From assembly GCA_041300405.1 (NCBI GenBank), contig JBGLNK010000001.1:954133-1018132 (forward strand): 64,000 nucleotides of DNA, read 5' to 3'. The stretch's first letter is position 1. Each line of letters starts with the position of its first letter. The stretch is from Dehalococcoidia bacterium (GTDB taxonomy: Bacteria > Chloroflexota > Dehalococcoidia > Dehalococcoidales > RBG-16-60-22). The notes beneath the pieces are model-generated. The model ran no database searches, was not told the DNA's origin, and saw only the letters and a list, made by a program, of their open reading frames with translations. This document shows positions 39,309-50,607 of this stretch, one piece after another. The translations under genes were made by a program, and so were the position numbers.

Positions 39309-40265
39309 CTAGCTAAAACGTATTCTTGGGTCGAGCCAGCCGTAAGATATATCTACAAGAAGGTTGATAAACAATACAGCGACGGCAATAAACAAAATGA
39401 ATCCCTGCACAACCGGATAATCATGGGAGAAGACGGCATCGACCAGCATTTGTCCTACTCCCTGAATGTTAAATACTTTTTCTATCAGTACCGAACCGCC
39501 GATGATAACGCTGAGCCCAACCCCGGAGAGAGTGATTACCGGGATGAGGCTGTTTTTCAGCGCGTGTTTAACGACGATAATACGTTCCTTCAGTCCCTTT
39601 GACCATGCGGTACGTATGTAATCCTGCCGCATAACCTCGAGCATACTGGACCGTGTCTGCCTTGCAGTGGCGGATATGGGGAAGATGGCCAGGCAGAAAA
39701 CAGGCATGATAATCTGTCTGATATTTCTCGCCAGGTCAACAAATGGAGAAGTATAACCCTGTACCGGCAGTATAGGAAAATGGAGGGCAAACACATATAT
39801 CAACATTGTACCGAGCCAGAATATCGGCACAGTGATACCGATATTGGCCAGGATTGTTACCGTAACATCTATCCATGTTGCCCTCCGGATGGCGCAAATA
39901 ATCCCCGCCGGAATACCGACGATAAGACTGATGACGAAGGCGGCCAGGCTCAGGTTCATGGTCACCGGAACACCCTGCGCAATAATAGATCCCGGCGACA
40001 CACGTTGAGATATGGAAATACCGAAGTCGCCGTGGAGGATACCACCGACCCAGTTGAAATATTGCACTATCAAAGGTTTATCCAGACCGAATTCAGCCCT
40101 GATATTATCAATCATCTCCTGGGTAACATTGGATATCTGCGCATCACTTAAAATCATGTAGATAGGATCGCCAGGCAGAAGGCGCATGGCGAAAAAAACG
40201 ATAACAGTAACTATAATAAGAACAAAGAAGGCCTGTATCGTTCTGCGTATAATAAATGTTGTCAC
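39309..40265 (-). CDS. peptide/nickel ABC permease (DppB-like)
   Basis: GILHGDFGIS, YIRTAWSKGL, EKVFN..GVG, DYPVVQG. Confidence 0.95.
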   Translation of the reverse strand: MTTFIIRRTIQAFFVLIIVTVIVFFAMRLLPGDPIYMILSDAQISNVTQEMIDNIRAEFGLDKPLIVQYFNWVGGILHGDFGISISQRVSPGSIIAQGVPVTMNLSLAAFVISLIVGIPAGIICAIRRATWIDVTVTILANIGITVPIFWLGTMLIYVFALHFPILPVQGYTSPFVDLARNIRQIIMPVFCLAIFPISATARQTRSSMLEVMRQDYIRTAWSKGLKERIIVVKHALKNSLIPVITLSGVGLSVIIGGSVLIEKVFNIQGVGQMLVDAVFSHDYPVVQGFILFIAVAVLFINLLVDISYGWLDPRIRFS

Positions 40266-40457
40266 ACCTGACCTCGAGTAAACATATTATGAGTCGAAAA
40301 ATATTTATACCGGAAAAATTCTAACCGGGATGATATATCTAAACAATCAGTCATTTGTCTTAGAGACCGGTAAAAAGGTTTCGTTCCCACATTAATCCGC
40401 ATTAGCGCCGGATGAAGCATTATAGACGCTCCGCCGGCGCTAATGCAATTCCTGAAC

Positions 40458-42056
40458 TTATTTATTTAACCAGCACTTGCCCGGGTTCCAGTACATGGCT
40501 CGGTCGTAGGTGTAAAAACCGGCGTACATGACGTAGTTCGCCATAACCTGCCCGCGCATGGTAGCGTTTAGACATATTACTGTTTCGTTATCGTACATGT
40601 ATTTCAATGCCTTTTGTACCAGCGCCGGGTCATAGTCTTTAGATGCAAGCGCAGCTTCCAGAAGCGCCTGGTACTCATTGGTCTTGTCCATGCTGGCATT
40701 GCCGACTACTTTCTGGGAGAAGTTGGTACCGAGAGCCCAGCCCATATTGGCATCTACCAGCTTCCCGGCTGCGGCAAAACCTTTCCATCCTGTATTGATA
40801 GCGGTGTTGTAAGCGGGATGGTCGATCATGTTGATTTTGACGGTGATGCCGACTTTTGCCAGCATACCCTGCTCGGCGACAACCATATCATTGAAGGTTG
40901 TCACGGTAGAGCCGAGAATCTCGGTGCTGAAACCGTTGGGGAAGCCTGCTTCGGAGAGAAGCTGCTTGGCCTTGGTCAGGTCCTGTTTGATCTCGGGCAG
41001 GGCGGTGCTGTAGGAAGTCGTGCCGGGTACTGCGAACTGGCTCGTGGATATCCAGTAGCCGTAGCCCAGGCTCTTGACGATTGCTTCGCGGTCCAGCGCC
41101 AGGCTGACAGCCTGTCGTACTTTCACATTTGCCAGTGGCGAAGTGGCGTCAGCGCTATCTGGTACCAGCGCGGAAATAGAGATATAGTTCGCTTCGATTT
41201 TATAGTTTTTATTCGCTGCTAAAAAGTCACTTTCGATTTTACCGGGGTTGCCTCCCTGGATATCAATCTCGCCCGCTTGCAGGGACTGTGTTCTGGTCAT
41301 CTGGTCGCCGATGTTAAGCATAATGATGCCGTCCAGATACGGCTTGCCGTCCCAGTATCCGTCAAATCTGGTTCCTTCGATTGACACCTTGGGGGTAGCC
41401 TTGACGAATTTGAAAGGCCCGGTGCCCACCGCGTTCGCTCTCATCCAGTCTTCGGCTTCCTTGTTGGCGCCGTGGTCGGTATACGCCTTTTGAGAAACAA
41501 TCATCGTGCTGCCGAGAGTGGTGAGTAGAGAGTTGCTGTATCGGTTGAGGTTGAGTTTGACGGTGTAGGGGTCGACGATGTCAACCGAGGTAACGTATGC
41601 ATAATCGCCGTATTTACCGGTTACTAGCAGGTCGAGGTTCCATTTGCATACAGTGGCGTTCCAATCCGAGTTGTCATGGAACTTGACACCCTGTCTTAAG
41701 GTCAGGGTAATACTCTTGAGGTCATCGCCGACTTTCCAGGCAGTAGCCAGGCAAGGATGGACGCCTGCTTTAGTGTCAATTGAAAGGATCGTATCAAAAA
41801 AGAGATTTGAGACGGGCGATGTGACGAGCCAGCCGGGGTCTCCCGGCCAGCCGAGTGTGGCCCCGTACCAGAGAGATTCGCCGTACTTGAGTATCCCGCC
41901 GGTTTTAGGAGTGACCGCGGTCGTGGCGGGCGTAGTTGTTTTGACGGTGGTAGTAGCGGGAGTGGCCGAAGTTGTGGTGGGAGTGGTGCTGCAGCCGCCC
42001 AGTAGCAGTGCCGCAATTATCAGGATTATCGGTATAAAAACCAGAAATTTTTTCAT
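40458..42056 (-). CDS. family-5 ABC substrate-binding lipoprotein
   Basis: Lipobox LGGC, Thr-rich linker, LRQGVKFHD, VGTGPFKF. Confidence 0.92.
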   Translation of the reverse strand: MKKFLVFIPIILIIAALLLGGCSTTPTTTSATPATTTVKTTTPATTAVTPKTGGILKYGESLWYGATLGWPGDPGWLVTSPVSNLFFDTILSIDTKAGVHPCLATAWKVGDDLKSITLTLRQGVKFHDNSDWNATVCKWNLDLLVTGKYGDYAYVTSVDIVDPYTVKLNLNRYSNSLLTTLGSTMIVSQKAYTDHGANKEAEDWMRANAVGTGPFKFVKATPKVSIEGTRFDGYWDGKPYLDGIIMLNIGDQMTRTQSLQAGEIDIQGGNPGKIESDFLAANKNYKIEANYISISALVPDSADATSPLANVKVRQAVSLALDREAIVKSLGYGYWISTSQFAVPGTTSYSTALPEIKQDLTKAKQLLSEAGFPNGFSTEILGSTVTTFNDMVVAEQGMLAKVGITVKINMIDHPAYNTAINTGWKGFAAAGKLVDANMGWALGTNFSQKVVGNASMDKTNEYQALLEAALASKDYDPALVQKALKYMYDNETVICLNATMRGQVMANYVMYAGFYTYDRAMYWNPGKCWLNK

Positions 42057-42487
42057 TTATCCCTCCTCAAAATTTAACCAGGTACCCTTGTTTGAGTTTT
42101 GTGTATTCACATCGCAGCACCTCCAATGTTCGTGGTACGAATTCATTATAAGAAAAGAGATAGGTCTTGACAAGCCGGTGTTTGAAAAACCGATATACCG
42201 TGTGCTGTAACCGCTATATTCTTTTATTAGCTCTACTGACCGTCAAAGAGAAACCAGATATATTACAGCGGAAGTAACCGTTTTTTACCTGTTACCTCAT
42301 GCAGCTGTTATCAACCGTTTTAATTGAGAGAATCTCCCTTCTAATTTTGAAAAAATTCTACCTGATAACCGCGTAATTTTCAGAATTTATCAGGTTATTA
42401 TCTATTTACGATTGTTCAGTATTATATGACAAGGCTGTTCAAAAAGTCAATTGTTAATTCTACAGAGATGGTCGATATAGCATATTG

Positions 42488-42654
42488 AATGCCTACGCTC
42501 AAAGCAGGCGTGATTCAACGGCGATAATCGTAAAAAATATTACGAGGATAAAGAGGTTCCGTACCAGATAATATCGAAGGCGGGATAGGTGTCCCGGTGA
42601 CATCTGTCAATGCCACACCGCAAGAAGTTGAAATTACTATCGCTGGTAGGCATT
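42488..42654. ncRNA. candidate structured RNA, class unknown
   Basis: Hand-folded stems: 42488-96/42646-54 (9 bp), 42519-26/42638-45, hairpins 42528-45, 42581-96, 42598-609; intergenic. Confidence 0.3.
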
Positions 42655-42896
42655 TTACGGGAGACCTCCAGCCTTCATCGGCCTTGAAGTGCGCTAAGTG
42701 CATGGCCTGCTGCACGGCAGGGAACAGGAAGGTGAAATTCAAGAACCCCGGGCTTTTTTGCCTTTTTTTGATATTCTAGTGATAGTGAGATGGGTAATTG
42801 TAATAATAATTTAACACGAAATCGAAAATAATGTATTGACTTGCTTAAAAAACTATGTCATATTGTTACACACATAAAGTTTGAAAGGAGGTTACC

Positions 42897-43115
42897 ATGG
42901 CAGAAAGCGTATATAAGATTATCACACTTGTAGGCACCAGCTCCGAATCCTGGGAGAAAGCGGCCGCGAATGCGGTTGAACAGGCGGCAAAGTCACTTAA
43001 TGACCTGAGGATTGCCGAGGTTGAAGAACTGGATATGCAGATTGACAGCGGCAAGGTCACGAACTATCGCGCCAAGGTAAAAGTCTCCTTCAAGTACCAC
43101 GGCAAAGAAGCCTAA
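42897..43115 (+). CDS. dodecin-family flavin-binding protein
   Basis: SVYKIITLVGTSSESWEKAA..AV..A..L...YRAKVKVSFK; AAGGAGG RBS. Confidence 0.92.
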   Translation: MAESVYKIITLVGTSSESWEKAAANAVEQAAKSLNDLRIAEVEELDMQIDSGKVTNYRAKVKVSFKYHGKEA

Positions 43116-43164
43116 CCCAGGTCCGGTGAGTTAGCAGGTAGTTTTTTTATTGGATTATGAGCAG

Positions 43165-43198
43165 CCGGCGGCAGCGGATAGGTTTATGCTGCCGCCGG
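43165..43198. terminator. 11-bp GC-rich hairpin downstream of dodecin
   Basis: CCGGCGGCAGC / GCTGCCGCCGG. Confidence 0.55.
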
Positions 43199-43312
43199 GT
43201 TGGCGAATAATTTGCGAGTTCCAGCAAGATGAGCATAGATCCTGAGATTGCCACCAAGTAAGAATTCCTTGAATCGATCGATTTCAACTATAAGTATTAT
43301 GATTAAATATAA

Positions 43313-44545
43313 AAAAAAATATCCAGCATTCCGTCATCCAGTATCGGAAGCAGTAATAAAGGATTTATTGATACTGCCACAGATGCGCCGGTAGCCCAGG
43401 CGCTGACACTTATCGTGGACGAAGCAGTTAAAGCCAGGGCATCTGATATTCACCTCCAACCTACTGAAGAGCATCTTAAAGTGCGCTATCGTATTGACGG
43501 ATCTCTGCATGACATGTTTACCTTGCCCATTACCACTCTCACGGCAATTGTCTCCAGAATTAAAATACTAGCCAGTATGAATATTGCCGACCATCATCGG
43601 CCTCAGGACGGCCAATTTTCGGTTAAGACTAAAGGGCGCATGATAGATATACGCGTTGCCATTATCGCCACTGTTTACGGGGAAATGGCGGTTTTACGTT
43701 TATTGGATAAATCCCGGGCTACCCTTGCACTCTCAGATCTGGGATTTCTTCCGGGATCTTTAAAGAAGTTTGAAAATATGCTCAGGGTCCCTTATGGAGT
43801 TATTCTGGTCAGCGGGCCTACCGGTGCAGGGAAAACCACGACATTATACGCTTCAGTTAATTCACTTGACCGTACCGAACGAAATATTATTACGGTGGAA
43901 GACCCTGTGGAATACCGTTTTTCAAATATTAACCAGATTCAGGTTAATGCGCGTGCCGGGCTTACATTTGCCAGTGGTCTAAGATCTATTCTTCGTCTTG
44001 ATCCTGATGTCATTCTCATCGGTGAAATACGGGACGCAGAGACGGCTAACATAGCTATACAGTCTGCCTTGACCGGCCACCTGGTTCTATCATCTATCCA
44101 TGCTAACGACGCCGCAGGGGTGGTTCTTCGCCTTATTGACCTGGGAGTAGAACCTTTTCTGGTATCATCAGCACTTATCGGGGTAGTTGCCCAGCGTATG
44201 GTAAGAAGGATTTGCCCGCACTGCGGCCGGCCGACTCCTGCTTCCGCTGAAGAAAGTATTATATACAACCAGGAAATGAAAGAGGAAAGAAAAGAATTTA
44301 TATATGGCGCGGGATGTAAAGCTTGCGCCAATAGCGGTTACCGCGGACGCGTAGGCATATTTGAAATATTAACCACCAGTGATGATATTAAAACTTTGCT
44401 GATAAAGGGAACCACAGCTAACCAATTACGCGCCCAGGCCATCAGAGATGGCATGGATACACTATTAAAAGATGGGATGTGTAAAGTCCAGAAAAACATG
44501 ACAACTCCCACAGAAGTCCTGCGCAACGCTTATACAGTTGGTTAA
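43313..44545 (+). CDS. pilB: PilB/GspE assembly ATPase, N-terminal domain missing
   Basis: [47 protein letters not shown]; frame open only from 43313 with no start. Confidence 0.9.
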   Translation, partial: KKISSIPSSSIGSSNKGFIDTATDAPVAQALTLIVDEAVKARASDIHLQPTEEHLKVRYRIDGSLHDMFTLPITTLTAIVSRIKILASMNIADHHRPQDGQFSVKTKGRMIDIRVAIIATVYGEMAVLRLLDKSRATLALSDLGFLPGSLKKFENMLRVPYGVILVSGPTGAGKTTTLYASVNSLDRTERNIITVEDPVEYRFSNINQIQVNARAGLTFASGLRSILRLDPDVILIGEIRDAETANIAIQSALTGHLVLSSIHANDAAGVVLRLIDLGVEPFLVSSALIGVVAQRMVRRICPHCGRPTPASAEESIIYNQEMKEERKEFIYGAGCKACANSGYRGRVGIFEILTTSDDIKTLLIKGTTANQLRAQAIRDGMDTLLKDGMCKVQKNMTTPTEVLRNAYTVG

Positions 44546-44584
44546 TAACTGAAAATACAAAATATCCGGAGTGAAAAATAGTAA

Positions 44585-45793
44585 ATGATATATCAATACA
44601 TAGCTAGTGGAGAATCAGGCGATATCGTTAAAGGTAAAATATCGGCTGGCAGTGAAGATTCCGTAGCCGACATGATGGGCTTTGCGGGTTATCGCTTGAT
44701 TAACCTCAGACCGTATGTGCCGTTTTTTAGCCTGGGTAAAATGACCTCGCAACTTTTCCCGGTGAAACCGGTAGAAATAGTCCTTCTATTCAGACAATTA
44801 GCCTTACTTCTGGAATCAGGAATCAACATCGTCACGGCGCTTGGATTACTACAGGAACAGATTGCTAATCGTTCTCTCAAACGAGTCGTTTCTGAAATCA
44901 TTGCCGATTTACGCAGCGGTAATCAATTATCAGCCTCCATGAGCCGGCACCCTGATATCTTTTCGACAATGGCTTGTCGGACTATCGGCATCGGTGAGCA
45001 AACCGGTGGCATGGAAGTTATGTTGAAACAGGTTGCGGATTATACTGAAAAAGAGATCGTGACTAAAAAAAGCATCAAGGGAGCCTTAATGTACCCGATA
45101 ATCACCTTTATCGTAACGATTATCGTCGTCGGTGTATTAATGGTTTTTGTCCTGCCTGCGTTTTCCGGTCTTTATAACGACCTGGGAGCCGAATTACCCG
45201 CTATAACCCAGATGATGCTGAATGCTTCAGGGTTTTTAAAAACCAATATTTTAAACATTTTATTAGGTATACTTATCGTGGGAGCGCTGGGATTTATTTA
45301 TACCAAAACTCAAGATGGCAAATATAGATTGGACTTATTACTGCTGCGTATCCCGATAATGGGCCGCGTCGCTCTTTTGAACGAACTTTCCCGCGCTTGC
45401 CGCAGCTTGTCCCTCCTCTATAATGCCGGCCTGCCTTTGACCGAGATTATGCCTCTCGTGGTACAAAGCGCAAATAACAGGGTTATGGCCAAATCACTCT
45501 ATAATGTTCAATCTGAAATGTTGAAGGGTGAAGGCTTGTCAACACCCATGGCAAAAGATCCGCTTTTCTTACCTATGATGGTGCAGATGGTTAAAGTGGG
45601 CGAAGAGAGCGGAAATCTTGATTCATCTCTTACGGCTGTAGCTTTGAACTATGAATCGGAAGCGCAGGATAAAACCAGGACATTAATCGGTATGATTACG
45701 CCGCTCATGACCATCGTCATCGCTGGAGTTGTGGGTTTGATGGCGATTTCAATGATATCAGCGATGTTCTCGATATATGGACAAGCGTTTTAA
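44585..45793 (+). CDS. pilC: PilC/GspF platform protein
   Basis: FRQLALLLESG, GEQTG, ALMYP, MVKVGEESG. Confidence 0.92.
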   Translation: MIYQYIASGESGDIVKGKISAGSEDSVADMMGFAGYRLINLRPYVPFFSLGKMTSQLFPVKPVEIVLLFRQLALLLESGINIVTALGLLQEQIANRSLKRVVSEIIADLRSGNQLSASMSRHPDIFSTMACRTIGIGEQTGGMEVMLKQVADYTEKEIVTKKSIKGALMYPIITFIVTIIVVGVLMVFVLPAFSGLYNDLGAELPAITQMMLNASGFLKTNILNILLGILIVGALGFIYTKTQDGKYRLDLLLLRIPIMGRVALLNELSRACRSLSLLYNAGLPLTEIMPLVVQSANNRVMAKSLYNVQSEMLKGEGLSTPMAKDPLFLPMMVQMVKVGEESGNLDSSLTAVALNYESEAQDKTRTLIGMITPLMTIVIAGVVGLMAISMISAMFSIYGQAF

Positions 45794-45816
45794 AAATTTT
45801 ATATCGGAAGAAGAAT

Positions 45817-46452
45817 ATGAAAGGTTTGAAATTAAGTAAAGCAAGCTGGGTAATCCTTGCAGCGGGCGTATTCCTTATCGTTCTTGCCGGGCTTGGGCTA
45901 ACACGTTCACAGCAGATGAAAGAACAGACCAGGCTGGATGAAGAGCTAAATATCAGTGAAAAGAGGTTGAGCACATTACAGACTGCGCAACTTACTCAAC
46001 AGTTGGAGAATTTGAGGGTCAAGGTAGAGGAGAGCGATGCTCAGGTAAAAGATGCCCAGGCAAGATTAGATCAAACAGTTATCAGTGTGGATGTAGCTGA
46101 TGAATTCTATAAAATTGCAAACTATTGCAGCGTAAATATTACATCATTAACTACATCAAAAATAGTTAACTCGAAGTATTTGAGTATTCCAATCTCAACG
46201 ACTTCACTTAGTGCTGCGGTCACAGGGGATAAGAAGAATATTGTTGACTTTATTATAAGCTTGAATAACGGCTTTGTAACCGGGAAGCTAGGTTCTTTTA
46301 GCATCAGCTTTGATGGCGCTGAGGCGGAAGAAGAAATCCCGGACTCTGAAGAAGAACAGGAAGAGGAAGAACCGGAAGAGGGTGAAGAACTGGCAACCGG
46401 TACGGCCAGCGCCTCTATAAGTTTGTTAATTTATTCGTATGAGGGCAACTAA
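45817..46452 (+). CDS. PilO-like pilus alignment protein
   Basis: N-terminal TM plus coiled coil; position between pilC and pilM; acidic insert. Confidence 0.6.
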   Translation: MKGLKLSKASWVILAAGVFLIVLAGLGLTRSQQMKEQTRLDEELNISEKRLSTLQTAQLTQQLENLRVKVEESDAQVKDAQARLDQTVISVDVADEFYKIANYCSVNITSLTTSKIVNSKYLSIPISTTSLSAAVTGDKKNIVDFIISLNNGFVTGKLGSFSISFDGAEAEEEIPDSEEEQEEEEPEEGEELATGTASASISLLIYSYEGN

Positions 46453-46454
46453 TT

Positions 46455-47930
46455 ATGGCAAATAATACGACATCATTATATATCGATAATTTAAGTATAC
46501 GCCTCATGACAACACGCGGAAAGCGTATCACCAAGTTGGCTGATATGCCGCTGGACGTAGACTTAAGTCAAATAGATACTCCGGAAGTTGAAGCAAAACT
46601 GGTAGAAAAAATAAAATATCTATTTCAGAGCAATCATATAGGGTCTAAGAAAATAATTCTGGGCATTAGCGGACTTCGCTGCCTGACCAGGCCTATCGTA
46701 TTACCTGAATTGCCAAAAGCAATGTTGGAAGAAGCGATAACCAGGGAAGCCAGAAGGGTCCTGCCGGTGCCTGTAGAACAATTGTATCTTTCATGGCAAA
46801 TAATGGCTGCATCGGAAGGTAAGATACAGGCATTCATAGTGGGCATCCCCAGACAAATAGCCGATCCGGTTATTAAAGTCGTCACTGAAGCCGGTTTTAA
46901 ACCATATATCATGGATATCAAGCCTCTGGCACTGGCCAGGCTATCCCGTGAAACAAGCGCCATTATCGTCGATGTGCAGCCGAGTGAATTTGACATCATT
47001 GTTTTAATGAAAGGAATGCCCCAGCCTATCCGCACAGTTCCTTTTTCAAAAGAAACTACATCTCTTAGAGACAGACTGGTAATTGTTAAAGATGAATTGC
47101 AGAGAACAATACAATTCTTCAACACGAATAATCCGGAAAACAAAATCCAGTCGGGAGCTTCATTGCTGGTTTCCGGTGAAATAGTTGATGAATCCGAACT
47201 TTTTGATTATCTGGGTGGTGATCTGGGATTAAAAGTAACACCGCTGGCTTCACCGTTAAAATGTTTAAAACAGCTTGATCCATCGCACCACCTGGTAAAT
47301 GTCGGCTTGACTCTAAAGGAATTGGTAAGTGATGCCAGCCCGATAACCCCTAATTTCAACACCCTGCCGCTTCCTTATCAACCAAAGCAGGTTTCTATGA
47401 ACAGGTTGATGGCTATTCCTGCCATAGGTATAGCCGTCGTTATGATTGCTTTGCTTGCCATGACCGTACAAAGTGCCGCTGCAAACATTGATAAAGCCCA
47501 AAACGCTCTGGATGCAAATGTAGTAGTCATCGAAAAAAAGTCTGCCCAGAAAAAGGAATTATCTAACAATATCGCGGCAATGGAAAGTAAACTTGCCGCC
47601 CTTGAAGCTTCCCGGACAAATTATACCGGTGCTTTAAATAGCCTCGTTTCTACAGGTAATAAAATGAACACGGACTTAACTACAACATTGAATAATGCGG
47701 TGACAGATTTAGACATTTCGCGTATGACATTAAGCGCTGATACTATCAGTTTATCCGGATCTGCCAGCGGCGAGCAGCAAGTGTTCCAGTACGTTCGCAA
47801 ATTGACAAGTACCGGGCGTTATGATGAGATTACTATCGGAAGCATCAGGTCTATACCGGATTCAAGTGAGAACGATTCAATGGCGGTAAGTTACGCGCTC
47901 TCTATAAAGTTAAAGGGAATTGGAAAATGA
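46455..47930 (+). CDS. PilM-PilN fusion protein
   Basis: PilM-like N-terminus (REARRVLPVP, IMDIKPLALAR, ELQRTIQFF); NTLP motif, TM, coiled coil and ISLSG..VFQYVRKL PilN-like C-terminus. Confidence 0.7.
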   Translation: MANNTTSLYIDNLSIRLMTTRGKRITKLADMPLDVDLSQIDTPEVEAKLVEKIKYLFQSNHIGSKKIILGISGLRCLTRPIVLPELPKAMLEEAITREARRVLPVPVEQLYLSWQIMAASEGKIQAFIVGIPRQIADPVIKVVTEAGFKPYIMDIKPLALARLSRETSAIIVDVQPSEFDIIVLMKGMPQPIRTVPFSKETTSLRDRLVIVKDELQRTIQFFNTNNPENKIQSGASLLVSGEIVDESELFDYLGGDLGLKVTPLASPLKCLKQLDPSHHLVNVGLTLKELVSDASPITPNFNTLPLPYQPKQVSMNRLMAIPAIGIAVVMIALLAMTVQSAAANIDKAQNALDANVVVIEKKSAQKKELSNNIAAMESKLAALEASRTNYTGALNSLVSTGNKMNTDLTTTLNNAVTDLDISRMTLSADTISLSGSASGEQQVFQYVRKLTSTGRYDEITIGSIRSIPDSSENDSMAVSYALSIKLKGIGK

Positions 47931-48975
47931 CTGATATTATAGACCTCTTGCAGCTCGCTAAATCCAGGGGAGCCTCGGATTTACATATCGTTGTCTATAG
48001 CCCCCCGCTGATGCGTATTAACGGTGAACTCATGCCTTCAAACGAAAGGCCGGCATTAACCGCTGAAGATATAGAAAGCGCCTTGAACGAGGTACTCACA
48101 GAAAAAGAAAAGAACGAGTTTAAAAATAATCTTGAGCTAGACTTCGGACGCAGTATACCTGATGTCGGAAGGGTTCGTTTTAATATCGCCCGGCAGCGCG
48201 GCACAGCCAGTATTGTCGCTCGTTTGCTGCCTAACAAGATTCCAGACCCGGAAGCCCTGGGATTACCCAAAATATGTAAAGACCTCATCACTCGTCCGCG
48301 TGGCCTGGTCGTTATCAGCGGGCCTACCGGCAGCGGTAAATCCACTACACTGGCTTCAATGATAGAATACCTCAACCAGACCGATAATTGCCGCGTGGTA
48401 ACGATCGAGGACCCTATTGAGTATACCTATGAAAACAAGAAATGTACTATAACACAGCGTGAACTTGGGTATGATACTCTTTCATTTTCTGAAGCATTAA
48501 GGCATGTACTCAGGCAGGACCCTGATGTTATTCTCGTCGGTGAAATGCGAGACCTGGAAACTGCTTCGGCAGCGCTGACCGTGGCCGAAACCGGCCACCT
48601 TGTCCTGACTACCGGCCATGCTCCCAGCGCCGCGCAAGCCGTAGAGCGTATCATTAACATGTTCCCGCCGCACGAACGGCCGCTGGCACAGACGAGACTG
48701 GCTTCGCTGCTGCTGGCTATCTTTTGCCAGGCGCTTGTTCCTAAAGTCGATGGTAAAAGTCGTGTCGCTGCAATAGAAGTGATGCTCGCAACCGCTGCTA
48801 TTAGAAACTTGATACGCGAAGGTAAAAGCTTCCAGCTCCCTAATATTATACGCATGAATACGAATAACGGTATGGAATTACTCGACCAGGCGCTCGTCAG
48901 GCTTTATAAAGCCCATGAAATCAGCAAGGAAACAGTCTTTGAGTTCTGTAACGACCGGGAAGACGTGGCCATAGT
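47927..48975 (+). CDS. pilT: PilT retraction ATPase (last residues replaced at junction)
   Basis: GASDLH, GPTGSGKSTT, EDPIEY, LRQDPD, AETGHL, AIRNLIRE. Confidence 0.93.
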
Positions 48976-50434
48976 TTTGCTGCGACTCCATGAAAACGGT
49001 GCAGCGTTCGCCCAGGTCGAGCGGGTGTTTCGCGGCGAGCCCCAGCGAGCCGAATTCTTCTTTAATGTTGATGCCCAGCTTTTCCGCCTGCTCTTCAAGG
49101 AAGGAGCCGGTGCCGGCGGCGCAGACCTTGTTCATCGTGAAATCGATGATGGTGCCGTTCTGAAGGCGGATGTACTTGGCGTCCTGCCCTCCGATTTCAA
49201 ATATCGTGTCCGCTTCCGGGCAGACGAAAGCCGCCGCCTTGGCATGGCTCGTAATCTCGTTGCGGATAACATCGGCGCCGAAGAACTCGCCGGTCATATA
49301 GCGCCCGGAACCGGTGGAGCCGGCGCCCTTGATAATGACCTTGTCTCCCAGTTCTTTACCGACTTCTAAAAGGCCCTGTTTAACGGCTTCGATAGGGCGC
49401 GAGGCGGTCATCAGGTAGCGGCGCGCCAGCACGTTATTGTCTTTATCTATTACCACGACATTGGTGCTGATGGAGCCGATATCCACGCCGATATATGCGT
49501 CGACGGGTTTACCGGAGTCTACCTTGACGGTATCGATATTGATGGAATAGCCGTCGCCTTTAAGGGGCGGCAGGGTAACGAAGGTGTAATCGCGCTTCGC
49601 GATATAATCCCGCAGGCGCTTTAGAGTGTCCGAGGGCAGCGTGGTTTCTTTGCTCACCAGCGCGGCTCCGAGCGCTCCCAGCACGGCGAAGTGCTCCGGG
49701 ACGATTAAATCTTTTTCCGGTATCTCAAGCACTTCCTGCACAGCGCGGCGGATGCCTTTATTGGCGGCGACGCCGCCCTGGAAGGAGACGGGTTTTTCAA
49801 GTTCGCGGCCGCGGATAACCTGTCCCTTGAAGTTGTGTATCATCGCGAAGCAGAGACCGGCGACGATGTCATATACCGGCGTGCCGACCTGCTGCAGGTG
49901 AATCATGTCGCTCTTGGCGAAGACGCTGCACCGCCCGGCGACCCGCGGCGGGTGTTCCGATTGGAGCGCCACTTCGCCGAACTGCTCGATGGGAATTCTC
50001 ATGCGGGAGGCTTGCTGGTCGAGGAAAGAGCCGGTGCCGGCGGCGCAAACGCCGTTGATGGCGAAGTCGGAGACCTTGGGCAAACCTTCTTCAGACTCTT
50101 TTTTCAGTACGATAAGCTTGGAATCTTCTCCGCCGATTTCCAGGATGGTTTTAACTTCAGGGTGAAAGCGCGCGGTCCCGGCAGCCTGTGCGGTAATTTC
50201 ACTAACGAAGGGGATACCCAGCAGTCCGGCGATAAGCTGACCGCCGGTGCCGGTGGCGGCGGCGGTGGTGAATTTTTCAGGCGGGTATTTAGCCAGGATA
50301 TCCTCCAGCACAGCCAGGACGGTTTCTACAGGCTGACCTTTTGTGCGGACATATCTCTCTTCGATAATATTGTCAGCTTCATTGAGGACGACTACTTTAG
50401 CGGTTACCGAGCCGATGTCTATACCCAGTTTCAT
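48975..50434 (-). CDS. multi-domain 2-hydroxyacyl-CoA dehydratase activase, truncated
   Basis: Two ASKHA domains: GIDIGS..EIGGEDSK..CAAGTG..CSVF and GVDIGS..EIGGQDAK..CAAGTG..CTVF. Confidence 0.88.
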
Positions 50435-50607
50435 AATGCGGCTTCACCTCTTGAACGTTGATATCGATTTGAAAGGGGAATGGGAAGAACTAACTACTTT
50501 CAATTATAGCTTGGTTGCGCTGGCGTGTACAATAGCTGATAAAAAGCCGCCGTTTATGTTTGAACAGCGGGCTTGCCGGAATAGAACGCGGCCTTTATAA
50601 TACTCTC

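Noticed and set aside
42725-42745. FMN riboswitch upstream of flavin-binding dodecin
   Set aside because: Only GGTGAAATTC matches; the other conserved FMN blocks are absent.
47927-49369. PilT with a 130-aa C-terminal extension
   Set aside because: The extension is the antisense reading of the truncated activase gene beyond the junction at ~48975.
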